64,000 bases of DNA from Parvibaculum sp. GTDB taxonomy: Bacteria > Pseudomonadota > Alphaproteobacteria > Parvibaculales > Parvibaculaceae. Both the position numbers and the translations under genes were made by a program. Below the pieces are notes generated by a model, which did not search any database, had not been told where the DNA came from, and saw only the letters and a program-made list of their open reading frames with translations. The stretch lies in the NCBI RefSeq assembly GCF_031291615.1, contig NZ_JARLIS010000035.1. The stretch is one strand, 5' to 3'. Of the stretch, positions 28,024 through 37,277 are shown one piece after another (within the stretch, counting starts at the first letter, position 1; each line of letters opens with the position of its first letter).

Positions 28024-29004
28024 TTACCTGGCCGGCATAGGTAGCCCCGCGCGCTGGAGATCGGCGACGAATCGCTGGATGCGTGCATGGTTGAGCCGGA
28101 CGCTCTCTTCGTCTTCGAACCGGCGCTGGACCTCCGCGGGAACGATGACGCCCTGCGAGCCGGTTTTGGCGAGCCGGCCCTCCCGCACCATGCGATTGAC
28201 GTGCCGCCGCACGGTTTCATAGGGCATTCGCAGGGAGTCCGCGATCGACAGCACCGTCACCGGCCGGCGCAATTCGTCCGAACCGAGATCCGCTTCGAAG
28301 GTCGAGCCTTCGCCGTCCCAGGCCCTGACGACGTGATCGAGATTGGCCGCCAGAACGATCATGTAGATGAGGCCGGTCATATAGTTGCCATGCGCTTTTC
28401 CGAGCCGCTCGGCCTCATGCACCATCAGTTCCCCATGCAACCTGATGCCTGCGCGCGCCGTCGCGACCATGTCTTCCATTGCCGGCGCCTTCGACATTGC
28501 CGGACCGAAATCGAAACGCACGCGATGCAGGTCGCCGAGAAAACGCATTGTGGCGGCGAGCATCTTGCGGGCGTAGTCGATCATGCCGGGATCGCTGAAC
28601 ATCGCCGCGGGCACGACGAGGCCTTGCCTGTCTATCCGCTGGCAATATCCGCTGGCGACGAGCGCCGCCGAATGGCGACGGACCGTCTCGTAGGGAATGT
28701 TCAGGGAGTTCGACAGCGCCAGGACGCTGATGGGCTTTCGCATTTCGTCCGGCGGCGGGCTGTCGAGCCTTCCATATTCCGAACTTGCCGGCGAGTTGAT
28801 GAGATGGCGGACATTCGCGGTCCAGATCGCCGTCCAGATCAGTATCTTTATGGGTTCGCCGTTCTGTGCGTCTCTCACGGCGTCGACGCTGCGCAGAACG
28901 AAGGCGTCGGTCAGGCGCATCAATGCGCGCTCGGCGGCGAGCTGGGTTCCCTTGCCCCAGTCCAGTTCCGGATGGTCGGCCAGCCCGGATGTTCGCTCGC
29001 GCAT
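28024..29004 (-). CDS. hypothetical DNA-binding protein made of two tandem winged-helix repeats
   Basis: 326 aa. Two homologous units, each ending in an HTH: PISVLALSNSLNIPYETVRRHSAALVASGY...GLVVPAAM and PVTVLSIADSLRMPYETVRRHVNRMVREGR...GVIVPAEV. Confidence 0.6.
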   Translation of the reverse strand: MRERTSGLADHPELDWGKGTQLAAERALMRLTDAFVLRSVDAVRDAQNGEPIKILIWTAIWTANVRHLINSPASSEYGRLDSPPPDEMRKPISVLALSNSLNIPYETVRRHSAALVASGYCQRIDRQGLVVPAAMFSDPGMIDYARKMLAATMRFLGDLHRVRFDFGPAMSKAPAMEDMVATARAGIRLHGELMVHEAERLGKAHGNYMTGLIYMIVLAANLDHVVRAWDGEGSTFEADLGSDELRRPVTVLSIADSLRMPYETVRRHVNRMVREGRLAKTGSQGVIVPAEVQRRFEDEESVRLNHARIQRFVADLQRAGLPMPAR

Positions 29005-29129
29005 TATTTTCCCGCTTCTGAAACCACTCGCCCGGCTTGCTACCCAAATTGAGGATAGCAGTTCATCGAGCTGCGATCGACAGCGTTACTGTGCGTGCAT
29101 TGCGCGATCATGGTGTGGGAGCTGCCGTA

Positions 29130-29840
29130 GTGATTCAGGTTCTGGTGATGGGGGAGGACACCGACCTCCGTGACAGGATGATCGGTTTTCTGTCGGCGTC
29201 GGGGATGGCCGCTTGCAGCCTTGCCGATGGTGTCGCGCTCGATGCGAGGCTCGCACGGAGCCCGGTCAACATCGTTGTGATGGATATCGACGGGCAAGGC
29301 GCGAACGGCCCCGCGCTCGCCGCGCGCCTGCGGGGGAGCGTCGGGGTCGGGCTGATCGCTCTCAGCAATCGGGACGATGTCGATCATCGCGTCTCATGGC
29401 TTGCCTCCGGCGCCGACAGCTACTTTGTGAAGCCGGTCGATATGCGTGTTCTTGAAGCGGCGATAAGAAACCTCGCCGAACGCATCGCGCAGGCCGGCGG
29501 CAGGGTCTCGGGCATCGCGGAGAGCGGCTGGACCTTCGACCCGACGACCTGGCGCCTCACCGCGCCCAACGGCATCGCCGTCGAACTGTCCGCCAGCGAG
29601 CAGCGCGTGCTTTGCGCGATTTCGGCCAATGGCGGACTGCCTGTCACGCGCGAGGCGATCCTCGCCGCGCTCGGCAAGTCCCGGCTCGACAATGAGGAGC
29701 ACAGCCTGAACGCCATGCTGACAAGGCTGCGCCGCAAGGTCGAGGCCCATGCCGGCATGGAGTTTCCGATCCGCTCCATCCGCGCCATCGGCTACGCCTT
29801 TGCCGCGCGCCTCAACATCGCCGACCGCGAGCTCGCCTAG
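29130..29840 (+). CDS. OmpR/PhoB-family response regulator (orphan)
   Basis: Receiver (VLVMGEDTD, VVMDIDG, SNRDD, FVKPVD) plus a winged-helix output (LSASEQRVL..., MLTRLRRKV, IRSIRAIGYAF). GTG 29130 with GGGAG 9 nt upstream keeps beta-strand 1. ATG 29148 is an alternative. Confidence 0.75.
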   Translation: MIQVLVMGEDTDLRDRMIGFLSASGMAACSLADGVALDARLARSPVNIVVMDIDGQGANGPALAARLRGSVGVGLIALSNRDDVDHRVSWLASGADSYFVKPVDMRVLEAAIRNLAERIAQAGGRVSGIAESGWTFDPTTWRLTAPNGIAVELSASEQRVLCAISANGGLPVTREAILAALGKSRLDNEEHSLNAMLTRLRRKVEAHAGMEFPIRSIRAIGYAFAARLNIADRELA

Positions 29841-29915
29841 CGGTTCCGTACCCGTGGCGCGAATCTGCGCGGCGGATTACTCTCCGGCTCGAAGCAAGAT
29901 CGAGCAGGGGCGGCA

Positions 29916-30209
29916 ATGGGTTTCCGGTTCAGAAAAAGCCTGAGCATTCTTCCGGGCGTCAAAATCAACTTGTCCAAGACGGGCGGCTCCCTGTCGCTGG
30001 GCGGGCGCGGCGCCAGCGTCAACCTCGGCCGCAAGGGCGTGAAGACGACGGTCGGCTTGCCGGGCTCCGGCATGTCCTACAGCGAGCAGACCTCCTACGC
30101 CGACGCAACGTCAGCCGAAGGCCGTCCGGGAGGGGCAGGCCTCGGCAGGATCGTCCTGATGATCCTCGCCGGCCTCGGCTTCGCCGCCTGGCATTACTTC
30201 ACGAAATAG
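29916..30209 (+). CDS. DUF4236 domain protein with C-terminal TM anchor
   Basis: MGFRFRKSLSILPGVKINLSKTGGSLSLGGRGASVNLGRKG matches the DUF4236 N-terminal pattern. C-terminal hydrophobic helix. Confidence 0.7.
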   Translation: MGFRFRKSLSILPGVKINLSKTGGSLSLGGRGASVNLGRKGVKTTVGLPGSGMSYSEQTSYADATSAEGRPGGAGLGRIVLMILAGLGFAAWHYFTK

Positions 30210-30242
30210 GGAAATTCCGGCTTTCGCGCCCCTTTCGGGACA

Positions 30243-30318
30243 TGGTGGGCGGTACTGGACTCGAACCAGTGACCCCTGCGATGTGAACACAGTGCTCTAC
30301 CAACTGAGCTAACCGCCC
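30243..30318 (-). tRNA. tRNA-Val (anticodon CAC)
   Basis: The reverse complement folds as a cloverleaf. Acceptor GGGCGGT/ACCGCCC, D arm GCTC-AGTTGGTA-GAGC, anticodon arm CTGTG-TTCACAT-CGCAG, T arm ACTGG-TTCGAGT-CCAGT, encoded CCA. Confidence 0.93.
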
Positions 30319-30418
30319 TTGACCGAACCGGCTTTGGCCCGTCTATAGGACGCGCGCAATCCCGAAGTCAAGCGGACCTCCTTCCGCCGCCCGGCGACCC
30401 TAGATTTGGACGAGAAAG

Positions 30419-31390
30419 ATGGATTTTGAGGCTCTGAAGGCCCGTGCGGGCGAGGTGCTCCGCGACGCGACCATCCCGGAACTGCCGAACCACTACCGAG
30501 GCAAGGTCCGGGACAATTACGACCTGCCGGACGGACGGCGGATCATCATCGCGTCCGACCGCCTGAGCGCCTTCGACCGCATCCTGGCGGCGATTCCCTT
30601 CAAGGGGCAGGTGCTGACCGAGACGGCCCGCTTCTGGTTCGAGGAAACGCGCGACATCTGCCCGAACCACGTCCTCGAATATCCCGACCCCAATGTCGTC
30701 GTCGGCCGCCGCCTCGACATTCTCCCGGTGGAAATTGTCGTCCGCGATTACCTGGCCGGCACGACCGGCACCTCCATCCTGACGCTCTACAAGAAGGGCG
30801 AGCGCGAGATGTATGGCGTCCGCCTGCCGGACGGGCTGCGCGACAATGAGAAGCTCCCGCAAACGATCATCACGCCGACCTCCAAGGCCTTCGACGGCGG
30901 CCATGACGAGCCGCTGACGCCCGACGCCATCGTATCGCAGGGCCTGCTGACGGCGGAACAATGGAAAACCGTTTCCGGCTATGCGCTTGCGCTCTTTGCG
31001 CGCGGGCAGGCAGTGGCGAAGAAGCGCGGCCTCATCCTCGTCGATACGAAATATGAATTCGGCACCGACGCGCGCGGCAACATCATCCTTGCCGACGAAA
31101 TCCACACGCCCGACAGCAGCCGCTACTGGCTCGGCGGCAGCTATGAAAGCCGCTTCGCCAGGGGCGAGCGGCCGGAAAGTTTCGACAAGGATTTCGTCCG
31201 CAGCTGGGTCGCCTCGCGCTGCGACCCCTACAAGGACCCGATCCCCGAAATTCCCGCCGAGATGATCCTCGAAACCGCCGCCGTCTACATTCGCGCCTTC
31301 GAAGCGATCACCGGCCAGACTTTCCGCTTGCCCGAAAGCGTCGAAGCGCCGCTCAATCGGATCAGGAGAAATCTGGCGAAGTATTTCTGA
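30419..31390 (+). CDS. purC: phosphoribosylaminoimidazole-succinocarboxamide (SAICAR) synthase, long form
   Basis: 323 aa. [45 protein letters not shown]. Confidence 0.9.
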   Translation: MDFEALKARAGEVLRDATIPELPNHYRGKVRDNYDLPDGRRIIIASDRLSAFDRILAAIPFKGQVLTETARFWFEETRDICPNHVLEYPDPNVVVGRRLDILPVEIVVRDYLAGTTGTSILTLYKKGEREMYGVRLPDGLRDNEKLPQTIITPTSKAFDGGHDEPLTPDAIVSQGLLTAEQWKTVSGYALALFARGQAVAKKRGLILVDTKYEFGTDARGNIILADEIHTPDSSRYWLGGSYESRFARGERPESFDKDFVRSWVASRCDPYKDPIPEIPAEMILETAAVYIRAFEAITGQTFRLPESVEAPLNRIRRNLAKYF

Positions 31391-31415
31391 GACGGACGGA
31401 CAGAGGGAGCAGGAT

Positions 31416-32579
31416 ATGGCCAAGGGAGCGGGCCTCAGGGCCGTGACGACGCTGGCGCGGATAGCGGGCCGCAGGTTGCTGCGCGGCGCATCGAAGCCTG
31501 CCGACCCCATGGCTTTGGAGGCGGCGCTGAAAATGCTGCTCGCCCGGCCCGCCATGTCGGCCGAGGTAAAAGATATCCGCTTCATCGAGATCAACGCCGA
31601 CACGCCCGGCTGGTCCGAAACCGGCCTTACCCTCGCGCCCGGCGAAGAAGTGACGGTCTTTGCGGCAGGCGCATTCTGGGCCTCGAAAGCGCTCGACATG
31701 TATTTCGGCGCCCGCATCGGCCTCTGGTTGCGCGCGGGCGAAAAGGGCAGGGCGGTGAAAACGCCGAGCAATGCGTCAACCGTCAGTCTTGCGGAAGGCG
31801 GGCCGCTCTACATCGTTGCAAAGCCGCCCGGCGAATTCCTGGACGAGCAGGGCACATTCGATCCCGCTTTCCCGCGCGGCGGATTGACGGGCGGATTGCG
31901 CGCCTGCCTCATCACCTGGACGCATGGCGCGGCGCGCGGCCTCGACGCGCTGGCGGCAGAAGGCGACTGGCACGGTCTCGTCGCCCGTGCGCGCGACCGT
32001 ATGCATGCGCCGGTCGCAACGCCTTCGGGCTGGAACTATCTCTGGCGGCTCGGGCAGGGCGAAATCTACAGCGACGTGGCGGGCGAGCACGGTCGGCACA
32101 TACATTGCCGCACGCATGAAGACGTCGGCATCCTCCAATTCCCTGCCGACTTTCCGTTGACGGACAAAACGGAACTTCGCTGGCGCTGGAAGGTTGACAG
32201 GCTCCCCATCGACCTGCCGGAAGACATCCAGCCGACGCATGACTATCTTTCGATCGCGGTTGAATTCGATAACGGCCAGGACCTGACCTATATGTGGTCG
32301 GCCTCGCTCGAGGAAGGCACCATCTTCCGTTGTCCGCTGCCCTATTGGGACAAGGTCGAAACCCATTGGGTGCTGCGCTCGAAGCCCGCCGATCTCGGCC
32401 GCTGGCTTGCCGAGGCGCGGCCCGTGAAGGCCGACTACGCCCGCGCGGTCGGCGCGCCGCCCGCCCGCATCGTTCGTGTCTGGCTCATCGCCGTCAGCGT
32501 CTTCCAGCGCGGCGAGGGCGTTTGCGACTATGCCGATATCGAGCTGGTAGACGGCGAGCGGCGGCTGAAGGTTCTCTAG
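31416..32579 (+). CDS. hypothetical two-domain protein; C-terminal half DUF3047-like
   Basis: 387 aa. The C-terminal region LRWRWKVDRLP...THDYLSIAVEFDNGQDLTYMWS...VWLIAVSVFQRG fits the DUF3047 pattern. The N-terminal roughly 190 aa has no recognisable family. Confidence 0.55.
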   Translation: MAKGAGLRAVTTLARIAGRRLLRGASKPADPMALEAALKMLLARPAMSAEVKDIRFIEINADTPGWSETGLTLAPGEEVTVFAAGAFWASKALDMYFGARIGLWLRAGEKGRAVKTPSNASTVSLAEGGPLYIVAKPPGEFLDEQGTFDPAFPRGGLTGGLRACLITWTHGAARGLDALAAEGDWHGLVARARDRMHAPVATPSGWNYLWRLGQGEIYSDVAGEHGRHIHCRTHEDVGILQFPADFPLTDKTELRWRWKVDRLPIDLPEDIQPTHDYLSIAVEFDNGQDLTYMWSASLEEGTIFRCPLPYWDKVETHWVLRSKPADLGRWLAEARPVKADYARAVGAPPARIVRVWLIAVSVFQRGEGVCDYADIELVDGERRLKVL

Positions 32580-33265
32580 CGCCAGCCGTCGAACTGGTCG
32601 GGCAGCAGCGTTGCAAGCGCGCGCGGGAACTCGTCGAAGTGGTCGATGATGATGTCGGCCCCAAGCTCCGTCACCGGCTGGCGCGTATAGCCGAAGCTGA
32701 CGCAGATCGACGGCATCTTGGCATTCTTCGCCGCGTCTATGTCGGCCTCGCTGTCGCCGACCATGAGGGTCGTCCGCCGGTCGCCGCCGAGCAGGCGCAC
32801 GGCCTCGAAAAGATGCTCGGGATCGGGTTTTTTTACCGACAGCGTGTCGCCGCCGATCACCACCGGGAAATATCCGTCCAGGCCGAGCTTTTCGAGAAGC
32901 TGGCGCGACAGCCGCTCGACCTTGTTGGTGCAGACGCCGAGCGCGACGTCGGCCGCCTGAAGCCGGTCGAGCACGGGCACGACGCCCGGCCAGATCGCCG
33001 TGTGGTCGGCAATGTGTTCGCTGTAGTAGGAAATGAATTCCTCGAAGGTCTGATCGAGCAGCGCTTCGCTCGCCGGCGCGCCGGTTTCCGCAAAGCCGCG
33101 CTCCAGCAGCAGCCGCGCGCCGCCGCCGACGAGATGGCGCACGCGTGTCGCGGGCACGCGCTCGCGGCCGTGCCGTGTGAGAACCACATTCATGGTCTCG
33201 CAAAGGTCGCCCGCCGTGTCGGCGAGCGTGCCGTCGAGATCGAAAAGGATGGTCGGGCGGGGCAT
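32576..33265 (-). CDS. gph: HAD-family phosphoglycolate phosphatase
   Basis: 229 aa from ATG 33265. ILFDLDGTLADT, VCTNK, KKPDP, MVGDSEADIDAAKNA. The longer track ORF is an upstream read-through. Confidence 0.8.
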   Translation of the reverse strand: MPRPTILFDLDGTLADTAGDLCETMNVVLTRHGRERVPATRVRHLVGGGARLLLERGFAETGAPASEALLDQTFEEFISYYSEHIADHTAIWPGVVPVLDRLQAADVALGVCTNKVERLSRQLLEKLGLDGYFPVVIGGDTLSVKKPDPEHLFEAVRLLGGDRRTTLMVGDSEADIDAAKNAKMPSICVSFGYTRQPVTELGADIIIDHFDEFPRALATLLPDQFDGWR

Positions 33266-33315
33266 CGGAACCGGATGTGAATGAGATCGCCTTATGCGTC
33301 TGTCTCGCATGCGGC

Positions 33316-33909
33316 TCAGAAGCTGGCAAGTCTCCCGGCGAGCTTCGCCTTCACCTGCGGCCATTCTTCGCGGATGATCGAGAAATAGACCGTATCGCGC
33401 ACATGCCCGTCCGGCAGCACCATGTGGCGGCGGAACACGCCTTCCCGCGTCGCGCCGAGCTTGGCGATGGCGGCTTGCGAGCGTGCGTTGCGGGCATCGG
33501 TCTTCAGTTCGATGCGGTTGAGGCCGAGCGTCTCGAAGCCATGCCGCAGCAGCATCAGCTTGCAGGCCGGGTTGACGGCGCTTGCCCACACACCGGGCGC
33601 ATACCATGTGCCGCCGATTTCGACGCGAAGGTCATGCGCGGCGATGTTGAGATAGCGCGTGGAGCCGACGAGCTTGCCGTCGGCCAGCGTCCGCACCGCC
33701 CATATGGCTTCGCGCCCGTCGCCGTTCAGCTTCAGCGAAGCGTCGAACCAGCGGTCGAAACCGCCCGCCGACATGTCATAGGGAAGGTAGCGCCAGATTT
33801 CCGCCGCCGCGCCTGCCGATGCTAACCCGGCGCGATGCGCTTCGGTCAGCGGTTCGAGCCTGACGCCCGCTTCCTCAAGTTGAACGGCGCGAATATCGGG
33901 TCTGGTCAT
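33316..33909 (-). CDS. GNAT N-acetyltransferase (RimJ/RimL-like)
   Basis: 197 aa. VRLEPLTEAH..., LGLNRIELKTDARNARSQAAIAKLGA. Confidence 0.75.
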   Translation of the reverse strand: MTRPDIRAVQLEEAGVRLEPLTEAHRAGLASAGAAAEIWRYLPYDMSAGGFDRWFDASLKLNGDGREAIWAVRTLADGKLVGSTRYLNIAAHDLRVEIGGTWYAPGVWASAVNPACKLMLLRHGFETLGLNRIELKTDARNARSQAAIAKLGATREGVFRRHMVLPDGHVRDTVYFSIIREEWPQVKAKLAGRLASF

Positions 33910-34012
33910 CGTTGCTCACTCCGGTTCGTGCCGCTTCTTAGGCGCCCGCCAGCACTGCCGAAAGGTCCATTTTTCAATCGGCAACAGGCCGCGTCTCGGG
34001 CATAATTCGCTC

Positions 34013-34507
34013 ATGAACGTGCTCACGCGATATCAGCTGCGCATGGCCTGGCCCAATCGGGACGAGGGAGCGATTGCGCGCCTCAAGGTCGCCTGCTGGC
34101 GCGAGGCCTATGACGGCATCCTGCCTAGGCCCATCCTCGACGATCTGAGCGTCCGCCGTTCGACCATGGAATGGACACGCGGCCTTCGTGAAGGCATCGC
34201 CTGGCTTGCCGAACAGGCAGGCGAGCCCGTCGGCTTCGGCCATATGCGCCGCGACGAGGTGACGACGCTTTATGTCCGCGCCGCCGATCACGGCCGCGGC
34301 CTCGGGCGCGAATTGCTGACGCGCTGCTTTGAGGAAATCGGCTGCCTCGGCCATCGCCGCGCGCATCTCTGGGTGCTCGAGGAAAACCGTCCGGCGCGCA
34401 TTTTCTACGACCGCATGGGCGGCCGCCCGACGGCGCGGCGCTCGGTCGGCTATGCGCGCTGGCCGCACATCATGGAAGTGCGCTACGATTTCAGGATTGG
34501 CGGCTGA
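34013..34507 (+). CDS. GNAT family N-acetyltransferase
   Basis: 164 aa. LYVRAADHGRGLGRELL...ARIFYDRMGG. Confidence 0.75.
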   Translation: MNVLTRYQLRMAWPNRDEGAIARLKVACWREAYDGILPRPILDDLSVRRSTMEWTRGLREGIAWLAEQAGEPVGFGHMRRDEVTTLYVRAADHGRGLGRELLTRCFEEIGCLGHRRAHLWVLEENRPARIFYDRMGGRPTARRSVGYARWPHIMEVRYDFRIGG

Positions 34508-34524
34508 CGCATGATCGGCCGCGC

Positions 34525-35667
34525 TCAGTCCGCGGCTCTCGCATTTTCCAGCGACCATTCCGCCAGACCGGCAAACGTTACCCGATAGCATTCGAGCGCG
34601 TTGTGAATGACATTGTCGTGCCACGATTTCCGGCGCGGCGCATAATCGTCGCGGATTTCCTCGAAGTAGGTTCTGGCTTCCGGCGCGTCGAACCCGCCTT
34701 CGAAGCGGAGCCAGCGTTCGAGCAGCGAGGCGCGGATGGCCTTGGCCGGGTTCGGCTTGTGGCAGGCGGAACGGAACTCGATCACCGCGCCCGTGAGCCG
34801 CGCATGCCGCGCCAGTTGCGCCTCGAGGCCCCAGAACATGATGCCGCGCCGCGACGGGCGCTTCGATCCCCACATGGCGTTGACGGTCGCAGGATCGAGC
34901 GCGTCGCGGCCCCACCAATGGGCGGCGCGGGCAAACTCCGCGCCGTCCGGCTTTGAAAAGCAGAGATGGATCAGCTCGCCGTCGCCCGCCGGTCCCGAAT
35001 GCCAGTCGATGAAGCCGACGCGAGAGGCGCGCGCCAACTCCGTCTCGATGATCTTCCGCATGACGAGGTTCGACCATTCCGGCGCAAGCCCGCCATAGTG
35101 ATAGCCGTCGGGATGCGTGTACTGGCCGCGGCTGATCGCGTCTTCAAGCGCCCATTGACCATGGCGCTCGACGAAGCGCGCGCCGGCGAAAAGCATCTGC
35201 TGGATCGAGGCCTCGTCCAGAGATTTGGGACAGAGAAAACGATGCAGCTCGTCATATAGCGGATTGTCGGGATGCTCCGCATTGTGATCGAGAAAATTGC
35301 GGTTGAGATCGACATTGTTCTCGGTGCCGCGCAAACCCCAGGCAAATCCGTACGGGTTCACCGCATGGACGAAAAGCGCTGCGACGCCGCGCGGCAGATC
35401 GAGCGGCCCGCAGGTCGACATCCATGCAAGCTGCGCCGCCGAACCCGCAAAGCCTTCCGCGCCATGCGTGCCGCAGGTGTTCAGGAGAACGGTGCCGGCA
35501 TCGCGCGGGCCGAACCAGGCCGTATCGAGATGAAGCGCACCGCCATCCGGACCGACGGCAAAGGGATTTTCATGCGATTGAATCTCGGCCCCGGCGGCCT
35601 CCGCCGCTTCGAGAAAGCGGGAGCGGGCCTCGGAATATGTCTCGGAGAAGAACTTTCCAGCTTCCAT
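34525..35667 (-). CDS. DUF2817 / M14-like metallocarboxypeptidase-fold protein
   Basis: 380 aa. LLNTCGTHGAEGFAGS, DLNRNF and IDWHSGPAG resemble the zinc-ligand and scaffold motifs of M14-related DUF2817 proteins. Confidence 0.65.
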   Translation of the reverse strand: MEAGKFFSETYSEARSRFLEAAEAAGAEIQSHENPFAVGPDGGALHLDTAWFGPRDAGTVLLNTCGTHGAEGFAGSAAQLAWMSTCGPLDLPRGVAALFVHAVNPYGFAWGLRGTENNVDLNRNFLDHNAEHPDNPLYDELHRFLCPKSLDEASIQQMLFAGARFVERHGQWALEDAISRGQYTHPDGYHYGGLAPEWSNLVMRKIIETELARASRVGFIDWHSGPAGDGELIHLCFSKPDGAEFARAAHWWGRDALDPATVNAMWGSKRPSRRGIMFWGLEAQLARHARLTGAVIEFRSACHKPNPAKAIRASLLERWLRFEGGFDAPEARTYFEEIRDDYAPRRKSWHDNVIHNALECYRVTFAGLAEWSLENARAAD

Positions 35668-35816
35668 TCTCGGACCGTGACCCCTTGCCGCCCTTTTTTC
35701 CGTCGCGAACCGGTGCTAACTAGGAGCACTCAGCCACGCGGGGGCGCTTGTCGCCATTTGAGCCGGACAGTGCCTTTAAGGCAAGGTCGGGCTCCGAAGC
35801 AAGAAGAGGATTTCCG

Positions 35817-37277
35817 ATGAAGCTCGCTGCACGCCTGAAAGACCAGAGTCTGCTCAAAACCCAGTGTTACATTGACGGCGCCTGGGTGGGTGGCGGCGGC
35901 ATCGAGGTGACAGACCCTGCAACCGACGAGGTTATTGCGACCGTTCCCTCGCTCGGCGCGAAGGAAACGCGCGATGCCCTCAAGGCGGCCGAACGCGCGC
36001 AGAAGGAATGGGCGAAGCGCCCGGCGAAGGAACGTGCGGCCATCCTGCGCCGCTGGTTCGATCTGATGATGGCGAACCAGGACGATCTGGGCGCGATCCT
36101 CACGGCGGAGCAGGGCAAGCCGCTCGCCGAAGCCAAGGGCGAAATCGCCTATGCGGCATCTTTCCTTGAATTCTACGGCGAAGAGGCGAAGCGCGTTTAC
36201 GGCAGCATCGTCCCGTCGCCGCTCGCCGACCGCCAGATCGTCGTGCTGAAGCAGCCCATCGGCGTTTGCGCGGCCATCACGCCGTGGAACTTTCCGGCCG
36301 CCATGATCACGCGCAAAGCGGGCCCCGCGCTCGCTGCCGGTTGCGCCATGGTCGTGAAACCTGCCTCGCAGACGCCGCTTTCGGCGCTGGCGCTTGCGGC
36401 GCTTGCCGAACGCGCGGGCGTGCCCAAGGGCGTCTTCAGCGTCATCACCGGCAAGGCCGGTGAAATCGGCACCGAGATGACGACGAGCGACATCGTCCGC
36501 AAGGTCACGTTCACGGGCTCGACCGAAATCGGCAAGAAGCTGATGCAGCAGTCGGCATCGACCGTGAAGAAGGTGTCGCTGGAACTCGGCGGCAATGCGC
36601 CCTTCCTCGTCTTCGATGACGCCGATATCGACGCGGCGGTCGAAGGCGCCATCGCATCCAAGTATCGCAACACGGGCCAGACCTGCATCTGCACCAACCG
36701 CTTCCTTGTGCAGGACGGCGTTTATGACGCGTTCGTCGAAAAGCTCGTCGCCAAGGTGAAGGCGATGAAGCAGGGCGACGGCTTCGAGGAAGGCGTCGTG
36801 CAGGGTCCGCTCATCGACATGGCTGCGGTCGAAAAGGCCGAGGAGCATGTCGCCGATGCGCTCGCCCATGGCGGTCGCGTGCTTGCGGGCGGCAAGCGCA
36901 GCAAGCTCGGCCATTCCTTCTACGAGCCGACCGTCATCGCCGATGCAACGCCTGCGATGAAACTCGCGCAGGAAGAAACATTCGGCCCCGTCGCGCCGGT
37001 CTTCCGCTTCAAGACCGAAGAGGAAGCGATCCGTCTGGCGAACGACACGCCTTTCGGCCTCGCTTCCTATTTCTACAGCCGCGACATCGGCCGCGTCTGG
37101 CGCGTCGCCGCCGCGCTTGAGGCGGGCCTTGTCGGCGTCAATGCGGGCCTCATCTCCACCGAGGTTGCGCCCTTCGGCGGCTACAAGGAATCCGGCATCG
37201 GCCGCGAGGGCGGCCCTTGGGGCATCGAGGAATTCCTCGAAGTGAAATATGTCGCGATGGCGGGACTCGACAAATAG
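35817..37277 (+). CDS. gabD: succinate-semialdehyde dehydrogenase [NAD(P)+]
   Basis: 486 aa from ATG 35817, with AGAGGA RBS. ITPWNFP, FTGSTEIG, LELGGNAP, catalytic NTGQTCIC, EETFGP. Confidence 0.85.
   Translation: MKLAARLKDQSLLKTQCYIDGAWVGGGGIEVTDPATDEVIATVPSLGAKETRDALKAAERAQKEWAKRPAKERAAILRRWFDLMMANQDDLGAILTAEQGKPLAEAKGEIAYAASFLEFYGEEAKRVYGSIVPSPLADRQIVVLKQPIGVCAAITPWNFPAAMITRKAGPALAAGCAMVVKPASQTPLSALALAALAERAGVPKGVFSVITGKAGEIGTEMTTSDIVRKVTFTGSTEIGKKLMQQSASTVKKVSLELGGNAPFLVFDDADIDAAVEGAIASKYRNTGQTCICTNRFLVQDGVYDAFVEKLVAKVKAMKQGDGFEEGVVQGPLIDMAAVEKAEEHVADALAHGGRVLAGGKRSKLGHSFYEPTVIADATPAMKLAQEETFGPVAPVFRFKTEEEAIRLANDTPFGLASYFYSRDIGRVWRVAAALEAGLVGVNAGLISTEVAPFGGYKESGIGREGGPWGIEEFLEVKYVAMAGLDK

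Noticed and set aside
30319-30418. Purine/ZTP-type riboswitch upstream of purC.
   Set aside because: No conserved ZTP (pfl) or purine riboswitch core sequences are visible in the 100-nt spacer.
30210-30420. Integrative element at tRNA-Val.
   Set aside because: I found no integrase or recombinase ORF on either side, and no repeat of the tRNA 3' half within the window.
33316-34507. Divergent pair of GNAT genes as a GNAT-type toxin-antitoxin module.
   Set aside because: GNAT toxins are paired with a small RHH or HTH antitoxin in the same operon. Here there are two full-size acetyltransferases on opposite strands with no small partner ORF.
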